Both the position numbers and the translations under genes were made by a program. A stretch of DNA of 49,344 bases. Origin: Octopus bimaculoides (Eukaryota). The notes under the pieces were generated by a model that had not been told where the DNA came from, made no database searches, and saw nothing but the letters and a program-made list of their open reading frames with translations. Within the stretch, counting starts at the first letter, position 1. Every line of letters starts with the position of its first letter. The stretch lies in NCBI RefSeq assembly GCF_001194135.2, contig NC_068998.1, forward strand, positions 41,365,738 through 41,415,081, in the 5' to 3' direction. Shown one piece after another: positions 24,821 to 37,050 of this stretch.

Positions 24821-25646
24821 CTGCATAATATAGATGTGATGAGAATGTCCTCTAGATTCGTGCCAAATCACTATTCATCGAATCCTCAACAATTGGTTCT
24901 TTTGTTATGTTGACATAGACACAGTATCTGGTTATGATGCACAAGTATAGCTGAGTAGTTAACTGTACGTAGTCGTGTCTGTATGATTAAGTGGTTAAGA
25001 ATTTTATTTCATCACTGCATGATTACGGGTTCGGTCCCACTTTGGGCAAATGTTTTCTGGAATAGTCTCCTGTTCACACATTTGAATACAATTTGCCAGG
25101 CAGGAACTGCGTGATATCACGTCGGATGGATCCGTACCTCTATTTGACTGATAGTTTTTATACGCCACCCAGTTTGGCAACAACACTAGGCCTTCAGGTA
25201 TTTTTAGCGAGATCTACTTTGTTGCAATCATTTAAAAGTAGGTCTCGTCTTTTTTTTTCGACCAATCACAGAAGCCCCAAAACATTTAACCTGTGATGCA
25301 AGTTATCCTCTCACTAAGTCATAACACCCCCACAGTTAGCATGAGCAAGTTTATATGATTGATTTGAATCGTGTCTCGTCTTGTATTGTTTACAGAAGCA
25401 AATACAGTTAATTACTTAATGACCAATATTTAAAGACGACGTACTGACAGAGATCGATGACATATACAACAAACTCAATGAAGGGATTCGGATCGATATG
25501 TTTGGCTGAAGCATTTGAAATTAGTGCCTCAGCATGGTCTGTGTCCATCGACAGAAGCATTGGTTATGCCTGAGAGGCAGACCGCATGATGATGTGGCTG
25601 AAATGCTTTGCATTATAGGCTGTACTCAAACTGAACTAGAATGGAG

Positions 25647-25758
25647 CTTCTTCTTCTTCTTCTTCTTTTTCTTCTTCTTCTTCTTCTTCTTCTTCTTCTT
25701 CTTCTTCTTCTTCTTCTTCTTCTTCTTCTTCTTCTTCTTCTTCTTCTTCTTCTTCTTC
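25647..25758. repeat. (CTT)n microsatellite
   Basis: About 37 units seen directly. Confidence 0.95.
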
Positions 25759-25859
25759 AGCTTCTACTTAACATCCTTATGAAATTTTCAAGTCAAAAGT
25801 TCATTCCTGTAATGATTCAGCGACAGAACAACATTGACCGACAGGATAAAACTGACCAT

Positions 25860-25939
<80 letters not shown>

Positions 25940-27150
25940 ACACACACACCTGTGTATATACACACTCACAAGTACTCAAATATTTTCGTTCCGTCCCGTT
26001 ACATTAGGACTTCAAATATCATCGTTGATAGGCCTGCAACTTTCATCCCTGGAAAATCGATAAAATAAATAGCAATGGTATAAATCGATAGATTATGCCC
26101 TTTTCAGCTCTGCAAAGATTGGCCTTGCGCCTGGTCAAAATAAATCAACTTACTTCTGACGCAACATCATTTTCGAACGTTTGCAATTATAGCGGTAAAT
26201 ATTTTATTTCCATTTACCCGAAACGTGAGAGCGTTAGTAATTATTCGATAAATAGTTTATATAAACTCATATCATTTGACATTTTCTGCCTTAATCCTTC
26301 TATTTTTTTTGTTGATTTGTATTTACATTTTCATTAATTTTGTTATTTATATTTTGTCGTTCTTATTTATTTCCTACTTCGTGAATGATTGTTACCGTCT
26401 GCTAATAACAGCTTTATTACATAAACAGCAGACGACACCAACGTACAGTAGCTGACGATAACCTATAAATGTATGTAAACAGATGACTTTTTCTTTTGGG
26501 TGGATTAATGAAAGGCTTACAACTCACCAAGGTAACAGAGTTAATGAATTAAATGCTTTCAGTAGTCTTCATCATTTTTCTGTTCAACTTTCTTCTTAAT
26601 TTTGTCATTTAAATTTTTTTTCTTTCTGCCATTCTTGCTTCATTCACTTTTTTCTTTTCATTATTCTGTTTTCCTTTTTCCCATTTTCTCATTTCTTCTA
26701 CTTCAATATATTTTTGTTTTCGTCGTATTTTTTTCTCTTCTTTCATCTTCTACTTCGTCTTTTTGATCGAAAAAAGCTCGTGAAAATTGTGCAAGTTGTT
26801 AAGTTTGTGGACAAATATGCTGATACAGCAACATAATCAGAGAGGTTGTCTCCAGCCTCTAAAAGGTCTCTTGATCAATTTATAGCCATACTGGTAAATA
26901 CAGAAGATAAAAAGAGTCATAATAGAAACTTCATAAGCTGCCAAGACTAACAAATCAAATGTTCTTTGAATATGACAGCGATCCATTATATGCAACATTT
27001 CTATAATATAAAATATATCTACCAACATGTAACTTACAAAAGTTATGACCGACTTGATAAATAGGTATTGGACGAACAACCATAAGGTGGTGAGTTCAAA
27101 TTTGCAAAATGTATACTAGGTTATTTTATTCAGCATCTTTCAATAGGTAA

Positions 27151-27350
27151 GGCGGCGGGCTGGCAGAAACGTTAGCACGCCGGTCGAAATGCTTAGCGGT
27201 CTTTCGTCTGCCGTTACGTTCTGAGTTCAAATTCCGCCGAGGTCGATTTTGCCTTTCATCCTTTCGTGTTGATAAAATTAAGTACCAGTTACGCACTGAG
27301 GTCGATGTAATCGACTTAATACCTTTGTCTGTCCTTGTACGTCCCCTCCT
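27151..27350 (+). mobile_element. SINE family B, young copy
   Basis: GGCGGCGGGCTGGCAGAAACGTTAG (A-box-like), GAGTTCAAATTCC (B-box-like), gcctttcatcctttcg..gataaaattaagtaccag central domain (resembles the Deu/Nin SINE domain, by recollection). Confidence 0.85.
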
Positions 27351-28520
27351 TCCGTCTAACATGACCATTCTCCTGAAATATGCTGATAAGCTGCTCGATG
27401 GTTTAAGCATTATTAATATTCGTGCCTTAGTCTCTTCTGTGTGTGTCTGTCTGTCTGTGTGTGTGAACGCGTGTGCGTGTGTGCGCGTGGTGTGTGTGTG
27501 TATAAATACATATATAAATAGGCGTGTCTTTGGGTCTGCATTTATCCCCACCATCACCACCACCACCGCTTGACAACCAGTGTTTAAGTCCTCATATCAT
27601 AGCGGTTTGTCAAAAGAGTGCGATAGAATATTACCAGAGTTAAAAATAATAAATACTGCGGTCAATACATAAAGACTGAAACAAGTAAAAAATAAAAGAT
27701 AAAGATGTGAGAGAGTTTTATGTATGTGTGTATGTATGTGTTTATTTATGTATGTATATATGTATATGTATGTATGTATGCATGTAAGTATGTATTCTCG
27801 GACCACAAGCTTCTGTTTTTGTAACAATTCGGATCATATTTTCATAAGTAGGAAGCAAAAATCAGAAGCTTTAAAACTCAAAACAGCAGAACGTCTCAGA
27901 AAGATGGTAAGATGCAAAAATATTCGAATTAACATTAAAAAAATGGTAAAATCAATTTTCATTTATTAGTGCCTCAGTAATGCTAGGTCTAAATATCTGG
28001 GAAATATTTTTTCTTGTGCGATGCATTTTATCAAATAACTCGATAAAGCTAAAAGCAAACGTTGATGTACAAAACAATATTATAATAAAATATGATGACT
28101 AGTAAAATTACACCAAAAATGAAATATAATATATATNNNNNNNNNNNNNNNNNNNNNNNNNNNNNNNNNNNNNNNNNNNNNNNNNNNNNNNNNNNNNNNN
28201 NNNNNNNNNNNNNNNNNNNNNNNNNNNNNNNNNNNNNNNNNNNNNNNNNNNNNNNNNNNNNNNNNTAGCAAAGATAAGAATATGCAAAATATTCCAATTA
28301 ACATTAAAAATGATCTTAAAATCAACTAACGTTAATTAGCATGTTATTAATGCCAGTTCAAAATATCTAAAAATTTTTTTCTTTTGCAATGCATTTCAGC
28401 AAAGAACTCGATAAAGTTAAAAACAAATATTGCCGTAAAGACGTATAGAGCAATATTATAATAAAATATGATTGATGATGGCTAATTAGAAGTTACACTA
28501 AAAATAAACTATAATATATA

Positions 28521-29791
28521 CAGGAGTTGGATAAAAGAATGGAAAAATCTAGCATCATAGCATCATAATTTTGAAATATCTATAAAACCGTTAAAACCTT
28601 GTTTATTTCTATGTTTTTTTATTTAATTGTAGTGTTGCTTAATATGTTTTGCTAAAATAGCTGTTCGTTTTCAGATATCATCTGAAAAAAGGTAATTAAA
28701 ATTCATTAAAATGACAGTTCTATCGGACTTTCAAAGAGCTCAAATTCTTGGTACTCGTATGGCAGGCGCTAGAGTAAGGAAAACAGCCGAAATGTTTAGT
28801 GCATCAAGAAGTACAGACTCGAAAGTAATGACAGCCTTTGAGAAAGAATCGAAAACCTCTTTGTCGAAACAAAACTCCGGAAGAAAGCCAAAACTTTCAG
28901 ATTGGGACCGTCGGGCCCTTACGCGAATTGTTAGAAAGGATCACAAAAGTACAGCTTCCAAAATTACTGCAGAGCTTAATGACCACCTCGAGAACCCAGC
29001 TTCCACAAAACCGTTCGCCGGGAGCTGCACATAGCCGGATTTCACGGGATGGCTGCAATCAGAAAACCACTACTTTCAAAAACAACCGTTGCAAAGCGTT
29101 TAGAGTGGAGTAAAACCCTACAGAATTGGTTCCTAGAGCAGTGGAAGAATGTTATTTTCTCGGTATAGTCATCCTTTACCTTATTTCCGACCTCGAGCCG
29201 AGTATACATGTGGAGACACCCAAAGAAGCATTTGACCCAGACTGCATTCTCCCAACTGTTAAACATGGAGGATGATCTGTAATGATTTGGGGAACTATAT
29301 CTTCGAAATCTGCCGGCCCAATGGTTTCCCTTCATGGCAGAATTAATAGTCAAGACTATTTAAGCATTTTATCTGATCAAATTATCCTATGATTGCGGAA
29401 CTGTTTCCGGAGGGAAACGCAATCTTTCAAGATCATAATGCGCCAACTCACACAGCTAAAGTTGTTACTGAATGGCACGGGGAAAATTCTAGTCAAGTTG
29501 AACATCTTATCTGGCCACCACAGTTCCCAGATCTCAATATTATTGAACATTTATGGTGCATTTTAGAAAAACAAGTAAGGAGTAGATATCTTCCACCGTC
29601 ATCACTACAAGAACTGGAGACTGTTTTAGCTGAAGAATGAACAAAAATTCTTTTGGAAACAATTCAAACTTTGTACGAGTCCATACCTCGTACCATTCAA
29701 GCTGTAATTACAACCAAAGGTGGTCCTACCCCATTTTAAAATAAATTTGTTTGGAATTTTAAGGTGTTTTCATTATTTTGTGCAACCCCTA
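28521..29791 (+). mobile_element. Full-length, inactive Tc1-like DNA transposon (~1.27 kb)
   Basis: Imperfect ~30-bp TIRs (CAGGAGTTGGATAAAAGAATGGAAAAATCT and reverse complement TAGGGGTTGCACAAAATAATGAAAACACCT) flanked by TA on both sides. Confidence 0.95.
28711..29739 (+). pseudogene. Tc1-family DDE transposase pseudogene
   Basis: MTVLSDFQRAQI...GRKPKLS (paired-like HTH), WKNVIFS(V*)SSF, TVKHGG*SVMIWG, FQDHNAPTHTAK, WPPQFPDLNIIEHLW, C-terminal IQAVITTKGGPTPF*; several stops and frameshifts. Confidence 0.95.
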
Positions 29792-31578
29792 TATATATAT
29801 ATATATATATATNNNNNNNNNNNNNNNNNNNNNNNNNNNNNNNNNNNNNNNNNNNNNNNNNNNNNNNNNNNNNNNNNNNNNNNNNNNNNNNNNNNNNNNN
29901 NNNNNNNNNNNNNNNNNNNNNNNNNNNNNNNNNNNNNNNNNNNNNNNNNNNNNNNNNNNNNNNNNNNNNNNNNNNNNNNNNNNNNNNNNNNNNNNNNNNN
30001 NNNNNNNNNNNNNNNNNNNNNNNNNNNNNNNNNNNNNNNNNNNNNNNNNNNNNNNNNNNNNNNNNNNNNNNNNNNNNNNNNNNNNNNNNNNNNNNNNNNN
30101 NNNNNNNNNNNNNNNNNNNNNNNNNNNNNNNNNNNNNNNNNNNNNNNNNNNNNNNNNNNNNNNNNNNNNNNNNNNNNNNNNNNNNNNNNNNNNNNNNNNN
30201 NNNNNNNNNNNNNNNNNNNNNNNNNNNNNNNNNNNNNNNNNATCTCCTTTACATAGCCGTGAAACATATCAATCGGACATTGGTAAATAACACCAACTTC
30301 AGAACACGTCGGAAATATTTTTACAGACACATTTTCAACTTGTGAAATATTTTGAGAAAAGTGCCATGATGTTCGAGAATAAAGCTATAAAAATAATTTA
30401 AAACCAACTTATGCAAACAAGCATTATAGTAGTATTATACAGAAGTATATCGGAAAGATAAGGAAAAATAGCTTTTTACGTGCGAAGTATCTTTAGTAAA
30501 TTCGGATATTACAAGATTTATCAGTAAAGGTACTTTACGAGTGAAACTTACCGTAAAAAAGTCTCACTAATTTCGGCTCCTTCCGTTTTTTTCCGCTGTT
30601 AACATTGACAATATAAGCATGTAAACATATATGATTGTATGTGTATGTGTCTGTATGTTGGCGTATATAGAAGAATATATACCTATGTATAATTTTTTAC
30701 CATTATGTTACACAGCAATAGATATGAAATTCTTCCCGAAAGTAAGAGGTTAATGTTCCATAAAATAATCTATCGGTTTTACTTTTTAAATACACACACA
30801 CTTACATATATTTATATATACACATATGCATCGATATATCTATACGTTTGTAAATATATTTACATATGTCTGCATGTGTTTGTATATATCCATACACACA
30901 CGTATATACACGTGTGCGTATGTGTGCATATTTGTATGTAGGTAGGTATATAGGTACGTATGTACGCATGTATGTATGTTTGTAATCACAAGATGTCTCC
31001 GGAAGAATAGAAACAAAGTGAGATGAATGTAAGTGGATAAGCGATAAATAGCATTATATCTCTATGGGACATATTGGAAACTATAATTATTAGCAATGAA
31101 ACTGGAAAAACATAACACTTCTTTCTCGGTAATGAACCGTCCGTCTGTTTTTCTGTGAATATAATTGTGTGTGCGTGTGCGCGTGTGTGAACGCGCGCAT
31201 GTGTGTAAGTGTGTTTAGTCAGTAAGAATAAAACGACGTTGGCATTTCAGAATATCGCTACACGAGTCTGCATAGTACGTTTATTCAAACTTCGAGTACA
31301 TTTGTACTGCTTAATAGAGTAACATTATGTAAGTTCGTATTTTCACATGTAATACTCTCTCTCTATCTATCTATATCTATATCTATATATATATATAATA
31401 AGATGAGAAAATAGAGAGATAATTAATAAATCCTTTATTAATTACAGAATTGACAAACATCCCTTACAGCTGTTTCAATTCAGACCCTCAGAAAATTAAC
31501 TAATTAAATTTAAAATTATTTGAAAGTCGAATCTCTGTAGAGGTAGATATATATACAAAATAGATGTTCTTTTCTTGT

Positions 31579-31898
31579 ATGTTGAGCAAATGGCTGCAAT
31601 CCGTTAACTGGTAAAAATTATACATAAAGAGCACAATATAAAAATGGTAGAGATCTTAGGAGAGGAGTAAGGTTGTGTATAATGGAGTTGTAAAACAATT
31701 TATTCATCAGGAGTGTTAAGTACAAGAAAGCTCAAGTAGATATAATTGGTAAAAATGTCAATTTGTACTATTGTCTATTCTCATTAAATCAAAATATAAT
31801 TAGTATGTAGAGTTTAATTCAAGTGTGTATAGTTATTAATATTTAATTAAGGTGAAAGACATTCTGGCAATCTGTTACTTATAAATATCAAAATAGTT
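31579..31898 (+). repeat. Left arm of a ~320-bp inverted repeat
   Basis: Reverse complement of 33466-33788, about 85-90% identical by eye. Confidence 0.9.
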
Positions 31899-33465
31899 TA
31901 TAATTTAAGTTATTCCTTTTATTATTCCTTATGATTAAATGCATGTCTAAATTTTAAAATTGTTTAAAAGCTTATTAACCCCTTAGTTTCTCACTTTTCT
32001 TTCTGTAACCCTTTATGGTTCCTCCATTATATCATTTTTATTACTTACCATGTATATACATTTATTTATATAAGTATTTGTATTTTACCCTCTCTTATGC
32101 ATATTGCTTAGATTATTAATTTAATAACTATATATTATTATAAACTCAATATTTATCTTGTACACATAATATGTTTACTGTATATGTTGCACCTATCTCA
32201 TAATGCTTTCAACTTTAATGTTCCATTATTATATTTATGAATTACAATATGGACTTGCCTATTCATAACTAAATTCTTACAGCTAACCCTTTCATTATTT
32301 TCTGATTAATTTTTCTTATATCTACCTACCATTAAATTAAACATTATCTCCTCTATTCTTTCAGCATTTTATTAATTAGATATTTTATTTTTCCTTCTTA
32401 ATTTTGGTAGAATGTTTTAATATTTTAGTTATAAATCCACTTAACTTATTATTAGATATGGTATTTTTTACCTCGTACTTTGAACAACACTCTAAGTGTA
32501 TATAATATGTACATTTTCTATTTAGCCCAATTTATTTATTCGCTCTACTTAATTTAATATTAATTACCTCCCCTTGACTGTTTGATTTCCATTGATTTTT
32601 TATTTGGTCCTTTCTCCACCTCTATACACATAATATAATTGCAATGTACTTTTACTTATCTCCTAGTCAGCAAAATAATAACTTTTATAATTCCTGTATA
32701 TTCCCCCTCTCTCTCAGTAAACGCATGTCTATCTCATGTGTATAATGATTTTAAAGTCTTTATCTATTTACATGAATATTTGCATTCACTGGTTTGTATT
32801 CTGTGTGTCTCTAATTTAGCTTGTTCCTAATTTTTCGTAAGCTCTTCTCCTTTAAATCAAATTAATTGAACCAGACCTGTAGTCATTTCCGAACTCACTC
32901 AATAACAATTATTTAGTCCTACCAGTTTTCGCTTAAATTAGATTATTCCTAGATTTTCTTTACTCATTCATCTCTATATGAATACCTACTTTCGGTTTTC
33001 AGGGCACTATACTGAACTATTTATACATTTATCTATTTGAATATTTTTATTGATAAATTTTAATTTAACTCGCTAAATTGACCGATATTTAAGCCCTTAT
33101 TACTAATTTTATTAGCATATTTTCATTCCGTTTAATTCCTATTTTTGTATCTTTTTATATATGTTAAATACCATATCTCTGTACCTTAGCAACTTAACAT
33201 ATTTACATTTGGTATTTCACTATCCGAACGCTGCATATCTGTAATCTTTAAATTAAAATTTGTCCAATAGTTCTGTATCTTTATTAGTCTAGATCAATAA
33301 TAAATTGTTAAGGGGTGAAAGGTAATAATTCATAATTCTTTATTCATTTATTTATTTTTCACTCTTTACTCTATCCATTTTTATTTATTTATTTTACTTT
33401 ATTCATGTTTTTATTTATAATTTTTATGTACCCTAGCATTAAGTCAATATTCGTATTGATCTTTT

Positions 33466-33788
33466 AACTATTTCAATATTTATAATAAGTAACAGATTGC
33501 CTGAATGTCTTCCACCTTAATTAAATATTAGTAACTATACACACTTGAATTAAACTCTACATACTAATTTTATTTTGATTTAACAAGAATAGACAATAGT
33601 AAAAATTGACATTTTTACCAATTATATCTACTTGAGCTTTCTTGTACTTAACACTCCAGATGAATAAATTGTTTTAAAACTCCATTATACACAACCTTAA
33701 TCCTCTTCTAAGGTCTCTGCCATTTTTATACTGTGCTCTTTATGTATAAATTTTACCAGTTAACAGATTGCAGCCATTTGCTCAACAT
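33466..33788 (-). repeat. Right arm of a ~320-bp inverted repeat
   Basis: Reverse complement of 31579-31898. Confidence 0.9.
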
Positions 33789-34909
33789 GCAGGAATTGAA
33801 CGCCTATTTTGCGCGAGAGATGGAGAGCGTGTTAGTAAATAAGAGAAAGAACAGTAAGTGCAGTTTATTTCAAAGACACTTTTATTGATGTGGCTGGAAA
33901 TTGAAGAACAAAACTTCAAAAATTTTATGTGAAAGAAAAATAAGAGAAAGAGATGGACAGGAAACGAGATATGAAAGATAGAGATGATGAGGATGATGAT
34001 GATGATGACGACGACGACAATGATGATGATAATGATGATGATCATCATCATGGTGAGGAGGGAAAGGAGGAGGTGGAGAGAAGAAAGACCGAATGACAGT
34101 CATAGTTAAGTGATAAATGAAAATGAAAATACATGATTAATTATTCACGGACAGTGAAAAAATATCGAACGTTTAAGAATTATTACCGGTGATGTCCGCT
34201 TGATGTCTTCGCTTGTTTATGGTTGATGTACTAAGAAGGTTAATCACGATGTTGCTAATTTACGAGACACTGTAGAAAGCTTGACTGGATCTCTTTAATT
34301 ATGATTCACAATGTACTGTTTTTTCGCACCCATCAAGCTTTTGTTTGACATTTCATCATAAATAAATGTACCATGAATAAATATCAATTTACATCCACAA
34401 ACAAAAGCACAACAAAATCTTGAGACGAGAATTTAGCTACGTAGTTCTACCTCTCTGTCTCTCTCTGTCACTGTCTTTCTTGTGTAGGAGAAGGTGAGGT
34501 GTTAATATTAGTTACAGCGAAGTGCATTTTATCATTCGCTTCGTATGAACATTTACCTACTCAACGTCTCTCGTCTGTTTCCATTCAAATTTGTCAACAA
34601 CTTGGGTCTGTGAAGAGTCAGGCACCGTTCACTTATGTCTAACGAATCAAAATAAGATATCTTGCTAAGTTAGACATTAGTGAAACGAACCTAACTGCGT
34701 TCGTTCGCTTGGCTAATTTATTCATCAGATCCAATAAAAGCCAATAATTATTGCCGTATTGTTATTATTTAGGGCAGTGAATTCTCGAGCTTGTATGTAG
34801 TCATTCATTTTGTTAGAAATAGCGGCCAATTCAATCGCACATCATAGTCTGTTCGTGTATGTGATCACAGGTGGAATATGTTTGTCCATGGAATATTTGT
34901 TCTATCAAA

Positions 34910-35580
34910 GGCAGCGAGCTGGCAGAAACGTTAGTACGACGAGCAAAATGCTTAGCGGTATTTCGTCTGCCGTTACGTTCTGAGTTCAAATTCCGCCGAG
35001 GTCGACTTTGCCTTTCATCCTTTCGGGGTCGATAAATTAAGTACCAGTTACGCACTGGTGTCAATGTAATCAACTTAATCTCTTTGTCCCCTCTATGTTT
35101 AACCCCTTTTGGGCAATAAAGAAACAAGAAACGTTAGCACGCCGGGCGAAATATTTACCGGTATTTCGTCTGCCGTTACGTTCTGAGTNNNNNNNNNNCG
35201 GTATTTCGTCTGCCGTTACGTTCTGAGTTCAAATTCCGCCGAGGTCGACTTTGCCTTTCATTCTTTCGGGGTCGATAATTTAAGTACCAGTTACACACTG
35301 GGGTCGATGTAATCGACTGAATCCCTTTGTCTCCTTGTTTGTCCCCTCTATGTTTAACCCTTTGTGGGCAATAAAGAAATAAGAAACGTTAGCACGTCGG
35401 GCGAAATTCTTTACTGTATTTCGTCTGCCGTTACACTCGGAGTTCAAATTCCGCCCGGGTCGACTTTGCCTTTCATCCTTTCGGGGTCGATAAATTAAGT
35501 ACCTGTTGCATACTGGGTTCTGATCGACTGGCCCTTTTCGCCAAAATTTCGGGCTTTGTGTCCAGAGTAGAAAAGAATAC
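34910..35580 (+). mobile_element. Head-to-tail array of 3 SINE family B units
   Basis: Units start at ~34910, ~35127 and ~35382; internal junctions aaagaaa(c/t)a|agaaacgttag; the last unit has a different tail. A 10-N gap lies in unit 2. Confidence 0.9.
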
Positions 35581-35605
35581 TCGTTCTATCAAAGCTTACC
35601 TAGGG

Positions 35606-35742
35606 ACAAACAACAACAGCAACAACAACAACAACGATACCAGCAACAATAACAACAACAACAACAACAATAAAAACAACAACAACAATAATAACAACAA
35701 CAACAACACCATGAAAAACAACAACAATAACAACAACAACAA
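35606..35742. repeat. (AAC/AAT)n imperfect microsatellite
   Basis: Seen directly; source of the poly-N/C/L pseudo-ORFs. Confidence 0.95.
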
Positions 35743-35862
35743 CAGTAATAGGAAACATAGTAATGGAACCTGTACACTGTCACTCGAACTGCTCGAAATA
35801 ATAGTCAAATGTAATTCAAGTTATCTTTATAGAAAAACGAAAGGCCCATGTTACCACGGACA

Positions 35863-35936
35863 CACTAATCCTGTAGGAAGGTCACTAATCCTGTAGGAAG
35901 GTCACTAATCCTGTAGGAAGGTCACTAATCCTGTAG
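35863..35936. repeat. 20-bp minisatellite CACTAATCCTGTAGGAAGGT x 3.7
   Basis: Perfect tandem copies. Confidence 0.95.
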
Positions 35937-36537
35937 TAAATCTGCTCGATGTAGTGATCCGGCGCTGCATTGGGATAAACATAAGGAAAAAGAGGAGGAG
36001 GAGGAAGTGGAAGCGAAAAAGGGGAAGAAGTAGAAGAAAAAGAAGAAGGAGAAGAAGAAGAAGAAGAAGAGGAAGGAGATAAAAGAACAACAACAACTAG
36101 AGTCCCCAGTAACAATTTTAGCGTTTGTTGTTGTAAAGTATTTGCAAATCCTACAGCTAAGATGTTAAAGAATGCCGCATCCTTCAGTTGAGTGGTTTTT
36201 TTTCTTCTTCTTCCTATATAGCGATGTATGTCATTATTACAATTAAGCTAACAAATTGGCAACTTCTACAATTCTCCGGTATGAACGTGTTTCCTTTTTA
36301 ATTACTGATATTAACACATGCAATTAATGAATGACACTATTCGCGAGCAGACATTGATTTGCATAAACTTCTATGCAAGTATTAAAAACAAATTAAATAT
36401 ACATACATATGTACATCATACATATATATATATATATATATANNNNNNNNNNNNNNNNNNTATACATACATACATACACACACACAGGGAAACAGACACA
36501 GAAGCATATACACACACATGTACGCACCCATATATAA

Positions 36538-36702
36538 GCGCAGGCATGCGTGTATGTTCAAGAAACTTGCTTTGCGACATATAGTTTAGGGGTTCGTTCC
36601 TTCTGCGCGTCACGTTTGGCATGTGTCATCTACTATAGTACGGGGCCGACAGATGCTTCGTGAGGGCATTTGGCAGATGGTGGCTGTGCGGAAGTTCGTC
36701 GT
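36538..36702 (+). mobile_element. SINE family A head, old copy
   Basis: ctactatagtacggggccgac...gtgagggcatttggcagatgg matches 22891-23055. Confidence 0.65.
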
Positions 36703-36774
36703 TATATATATGTGTGTGCATGTGTGTGTGTGAGTATATACGTATATATATATATATATATATATACATATAGT

Positions 36775-37050
36775 TGGAATTTGCAAAAACAAAAACAAAA
36801 GACGGAGACAAGTGTATAAACAACAAACAGGTGTATTAGTTTAACGCTCGGGAAGGTGAGAAAGTCTTTTACGTTTCGAGCCTACGCTCTTCATCAGAAA
36901 GGACCAGGAGAGAATAAACAGAGAGAGAATACAAAAGCTTAGTGGGTAGCGGTCGATCACGGTGATGGCCTGACAGAGGTGGTCCGACAGGAGAGCTGCG
37001 AAGAAGGGGAGATAAGTAAGCAGTTGATTGATTACGCGAGGAAACAATCA
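36775..37050 (-). mobile_element. Penelope-like element terminal (pLTR) remnant
   Basis: Carries the hammerhead motif and a tail shared with 18060-18225. Boundaries approximate; no RT or GIY-YIG ORF is left. Confidence 0.6.
36864..36904 (-). ncRNA. Minimal type I hammerhead ribozyme with intact catalytic core
   Basis: Minus strand reads GTCCTTT-CTGATGA-A-GAGC gtag GCTC-GAAA-C-GTA-AAAGAC: helix I CUUU/AAAG (+GU/AC), helix II GAGC/GCUC, palindromic ACGU helix III, GUA triplet (A17 = 36870). Confidence 0.75.

Noticed and set aside
34629-34682. 14-bp stem hairpin (cacttatgtctaac/gttagacattagtg)
   Set aside because: Short stem with a 26-nt loop; could arise by chance or TE decay.
35160-35230. 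Extra partial SINE unit repeated on both sides of a 10-N gap
   Set aside because: Identical 30-bp overlap flanking the gap is most likely an unmerged contig overlap.
35863-35936. 20-bp repeats as a possible CRISPR array (also 12249-12357)
   Set aside because: Contiguous tandem units with no spacers, in eukaryotic DNA with no cas genes.
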